Source: Pocillopora damicornis
Lineage: Eukaryota
Direction of reading: 5' to 3'
DNA: 64,000 nt
Assembly (NCBI RefSeq): GCF_003704095.1
Contig: NW_020847472.1
Location: 248,001-312,000, forward strand
The position numbers and the translations under genes are program-made. The notes beneath the pieces were generated by a model. That model was not told the DNA's origin and did no database searches. It saw only the letters and a program-made list of their open reading frames with translations. This document shows, piece by piece, positions 60,577 to 64,000 of this stretch. Each line of letters starts with the position of its first letter. Positions within the stretch are counted from its first letter, which is position 1.

Positions 60577-63048
60577 TGTGATGAAATTATGGCCTACGAC
60601 TGAACTTTTAGCTCACTCAAGCGTAATGATTATTGATCGTCATGTTGGATATGAGAAGTCTTCAGTTATCCCAATAGACCTCTAGACTGATCATATAACG
60701 TATACTGAATTAAAAGAGGTGAATAGTAGAATCTAACAGGTTTGACTCGTTGACTCTAAAGGCTGGCAATCTGCGCACTCGAAAAGCCTTGATTCCACCA
60801 TCGTGTATCCTTCACTTGAGCAAGTCTAAATAAGCCCCTTCGATGTTGGATAGGTATTCATAAATTTTTCTGACTCTTTTCATTCCCGACTTAATGCGAG
60901 TGCTGCTTTTATAACCGTTTCTAAATTGATCCTTGCACCATTTCCCATTCTTCCCTTACCTGGCTACTGTCCCCTATGACCAGCACTTGTTAAGTTTCAT
61001 CGTGCTAATTTCATTCAACCACCCCTTCCATCCTTATCGCCCACATTTCCAAAACCTTATATCCACCATCACCGCCACAAACACACACACACCACATAAA
61101 CACCACAAACTGCAGCTGCAATTGGGGAAGTCATTCCTCTTTCTGCCGAAAAAAATTCCTCTTTACCTAAGAGCAACAATCCATTCCAAAAACTCAGCCA
61201 ATTAATTTTTTCCCATCTTCTAGGGAGGAGAGGGTAGAATGTTAAAATGTTTTCATCGAATAAATGTGCGAAGCAGATTGAGATCTTGAGTTTTTTCACG
61301 ATAGGCATGAAAGTTAGGCGAAACTAAGAGACGATGGAGACAAGGCGATGTTGTTATGACAGCAGGATCGGCATTCAAACGCAGACGAATTACACCCATG
61401 AAATTTCTTTACGTTTTAAATAATATTTAATTTGCGTGGTTTTCAGATAAGAATCTCAACTTCAATCTGCATAATTTTGCTCTCGATGTCTAGTTTTAGA
61501 AAGGCAACACGGAAGAAGTTTGCTGACTGTTTTTGTATACTTTGTACCTACCCTCCGATCTAAATTTCAGCTAGGTACATTATTATATTAAAATTTCCTT
61601 TCCACAAATCACGACTTCCACTATTCCATCTACTACCAAAGTCAAAGTACTCCCATTGGGACGTTTCTTTCTAAGAGCTGATTTACAGCAGAAGACTCAT
61701 AACGGCTCTTTGTCTTGAAGTCTCGAATTAATATTTAAATCTTGTATTGGTTTGTCTAAGGTCCATTAATATTCCCATAAAGAGTGCTTTCGTCACGAGA
61801 TGACTATCGCTCTGATCTTGGAGGTATTTAATCAGCCCATTTAAATGTCTCATAAAATAAAAGACGTAGATAGAATTACCTGTTCTGTAATTATCACAAG
61901 ATAACCTGAAATGTGTCTGGTTAAAATAAATTACGGACCCAAAGGACGACCTCCGAACTCAAAAGTATGAACCATTGCCCTCTTACAAAGGAAAATTAAT
62001 ACGGGCAAAATTTTGGATCGTGCTACGAGAAAAACACCGTAATTGACAGTATTATAGCATACAGCAGGTGTTCGACATTGTCAGTTGTCAAAAAAACAAT
62101 GATTCTATGCTAACGCGAGAAAGGAGCACTTACTAGTTTACTTGGCATAAACCAGGATGGATGCACCCAAGAGTTGGACAACTCTCAAAGATCACACTAT
62201 TAAATTTTAAAAACTTTCATTACAAATGACTTCTACGACCTTTCTGTTTAAGTTTCCATCTTTCTTTTCACTTTCTTTATCCCCACAGTCCATTGATTCA
62301 GTGTCGCCGAAAAGGCGCCACCTACAGGGTAACACAACAGCCTCTTCAACATCTCCCTTAAGAACAGTTCGCATGAAAGGACAGCCTAATACTTTATCAC
62401 CTTTATGTTTTCCTTCGTCGTCCAGCCACAGTTTTGTTTGATAACAAAGTTATCATTTTAAATTTTAGGGTGCAAAGAGGACCATAATCCGGGGCACCAA
62501 TGTTTGACAAAGTTCAGCTGTTTCAAGAGTTCAAAAACAGATCAGAAAAGCCCAAAAAAATGGCAAATTTGAAAAAAAAAACTTCAAAAAGGCAACCCTA
62601 AAATTGGTTTGACAAGCCATACAGTACATGATTCATGCCTAACGTAAACTACTACGTAGCTACTACAAAGGAGGATTATCAATTTCTTTATCTCTATGAT
62701 AAGCTGCAGGCTGCATCTCTTACAGTTACACGTGTGTAGGAAAAAACAGAGGGATATAATTAGAATGATACTATACGCACAGCTTTTTAGCTGTCTTCAA
62801 CTGTTTTTATTTTTGTTAATTTTAATCACTTTATGCCCATGATTTAACAAAAGCGTGATAACATGGATCACTAAAATCTCCTTTGCAAGACAAAGAAACG
62901 TGACCTCATATAGCTCTAATACCTTTGAAAACAAACCTTCTACACTATACTCAACAGATACAACACAACGAGAGTGCTTTTGACCAAAAAAAGATAAAAA
63001 TGTTTTTTTTTCATCGACTATGAGTTATTAATTTACAGGGGTCGTCTC

Positions 63049-64000
63049 TTAGAAGACATCGCCTCTCTCTTCGTGTAACTTCATATGTTTCCTTAACGAA
63101 TTAACCTCACTGAAGCGCTTCTTACACTCCTTCAATCGACACAAGAAAGGTCTGTCTGAGGTATGCACATGCGAGTGCTTCTTCCTGTCACTTGAGTTGC
63201 CAAAACGGCGTCCACAGTCGGGAAAAGTGCATAGAAATGGCTTCTCTCCAGTATGTGTCCTCTTGTGTATTTTCAGATTCTCCGCACGTGAAAATCGCCT
63301 ACCACATCCAAGGTACATGCACATAAAAGGCTTCTCCCCAGTATGAACTCGCAGATGGTTCACTAGCCTGTAGCGTTCCTTGAATGGAAGCCCATTCCTG
63401 GAACAGTCCTTCCAACGGCATACGTATCGCAGTGAGGTGCTGTTGTAAATATGAAGCTCAGTGACATGGCCTACCAAATGGTCTACGGTGCCAAACACTT
63501 GATCGCACACAGAACTAAGCTCTTTATCATGATGCTGAACTACCCAGCAGCACTTTAGTGGGTTATGAGGCGCAGGCAGAGCCAGGCTATAGGTGATGGG
63601 TGGATCCACAGCAATTCCCAACCCTGGCGGTGCATTGTAACTCGCAGCAAAACTCTGAAAATTCAAGTTGCTTCCATCGTATTCTTTTCTGGGAAAGGTT
63701 AGCTGGGCACTTTGAAAGTCTTGATGGGAGTTATCCCAGGCTTGAGGAGGCATTCCATGCTGGACTGTGGACGATAATGTACTGCCCGTGAAGAAAGCTC
63801 CTTCGTAGCAAGATATTGGTATAATATTGGTTTCCAACTCGCCAGAATCTCTTTGAGGCATGGTGTGAACGATTTGGTCACTATCTCTCATAGCTGAAGC
63901 GCAAGGGGAACCTTTGAAAAAGCTGTGGGGCGGCGCCCCACGGAAGCCTAAGGTGCACGAGCTCGACGGCATAGTTGGTCCGACCACGTACGAGTCTGAG
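63049..64000 (-). CDS. zic: Zic-family C2H2 zinc-finger transcription factor with five fingers, intronless and divergent; probably 5'-incomplete (frame open to the window edge)
   Basis: Tandem CWCH2 fingers 1-2 (CCW, CRWKDC.R.G.PFK..Y.LVNH.RVHTGEKPF), ENLKIHKRTHTGEKPF, NSSDRKKHSHVHTSD and SLRKHMK.H are Zic hallmarks rather than Gli/Glis. Confidence 0.9.
   Translation of the reverse strand, partial: SDSYVVGPTMPSSSCTLGFRGAPPHSFFKGSPCASAMRDSDQIVHTMPQRDSGELETNIIPISCYEGAFFTGSTLSSTVQHGMPPQAWDNSHQDFQSAQLTFPRKEYDGSNLNFQSFAASYNAPPGLGIAVDPPITYSLALPAPHNPLKCCWVVQHHDKELSSVCDQVFGTVDHLVGHVTELHIYNSTSLRYVCRWKDCSRNGLPFKERYRLVNHLRVHTGEKPFMCMYLGCGRRFSRAENLKIHKRTHTGEKPFLCTFPDCGRRFGNSSDRKKHSHVHTSDRPFLCRLKECKKRFSEVNSLRKHMKLHEERGDVF

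Noticed and set aside
1-64000. Prokaryotic systems such as CRISPR arrays, operons or defence islands
   Set aside because: The sequence is animal DNA with spliceosomal introns, and no repeat-spacer array was seen.

Overview
Eukaryotic, intron-containing, AT-rich DNA, almost certainly from a stony (scleractinian) coral, judged by a clear SAARP1/CARP4-type skeletal protein gene. Gene models were built by hand from GT-AG junctions and exon phases. In order: (1) the 5' part of a Cys-loop nicotinic-receptor-like subunit gene (minus strand, 6 exons, running off the left edge) with an orphan ORF nested antisense in one intron; (2) a skeletal aspartic acid-rich protein gene (4 exons, 29-Asp run, GPI-type C-terminus); (3) three short ankyrin-repeat genes with single coding exons, two of them carrying phosphatase-docking-like motifs; (4) three B4GALNT3/4-like PA14+GT7 glycosyltransferase paralogs, one with a 103-aa polybasic heptad-repeat tail; (5) three tandem genes for secreted Cys-rich proteins with two WSC-like modules each, the middle one a promoter/signal-peptide chimera; (6) a divergent intronless Zic-type zinc-finger gene at the right edge. 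Intergenic and intronic DNA holds MITEs, a nested TTAA-flanked DNA transposon, a tRNA-derived SINE, degenerate hammerhead-like Penelope-type repeats and two assembly gaps. The most interesting hypothesis, which is inference only, is a skeletal-matrix glycosylation neighbourhood: an acidic substrate, GalNAc writers (one with a polycationic tail) and candidate glycan-binding secreted proteins.
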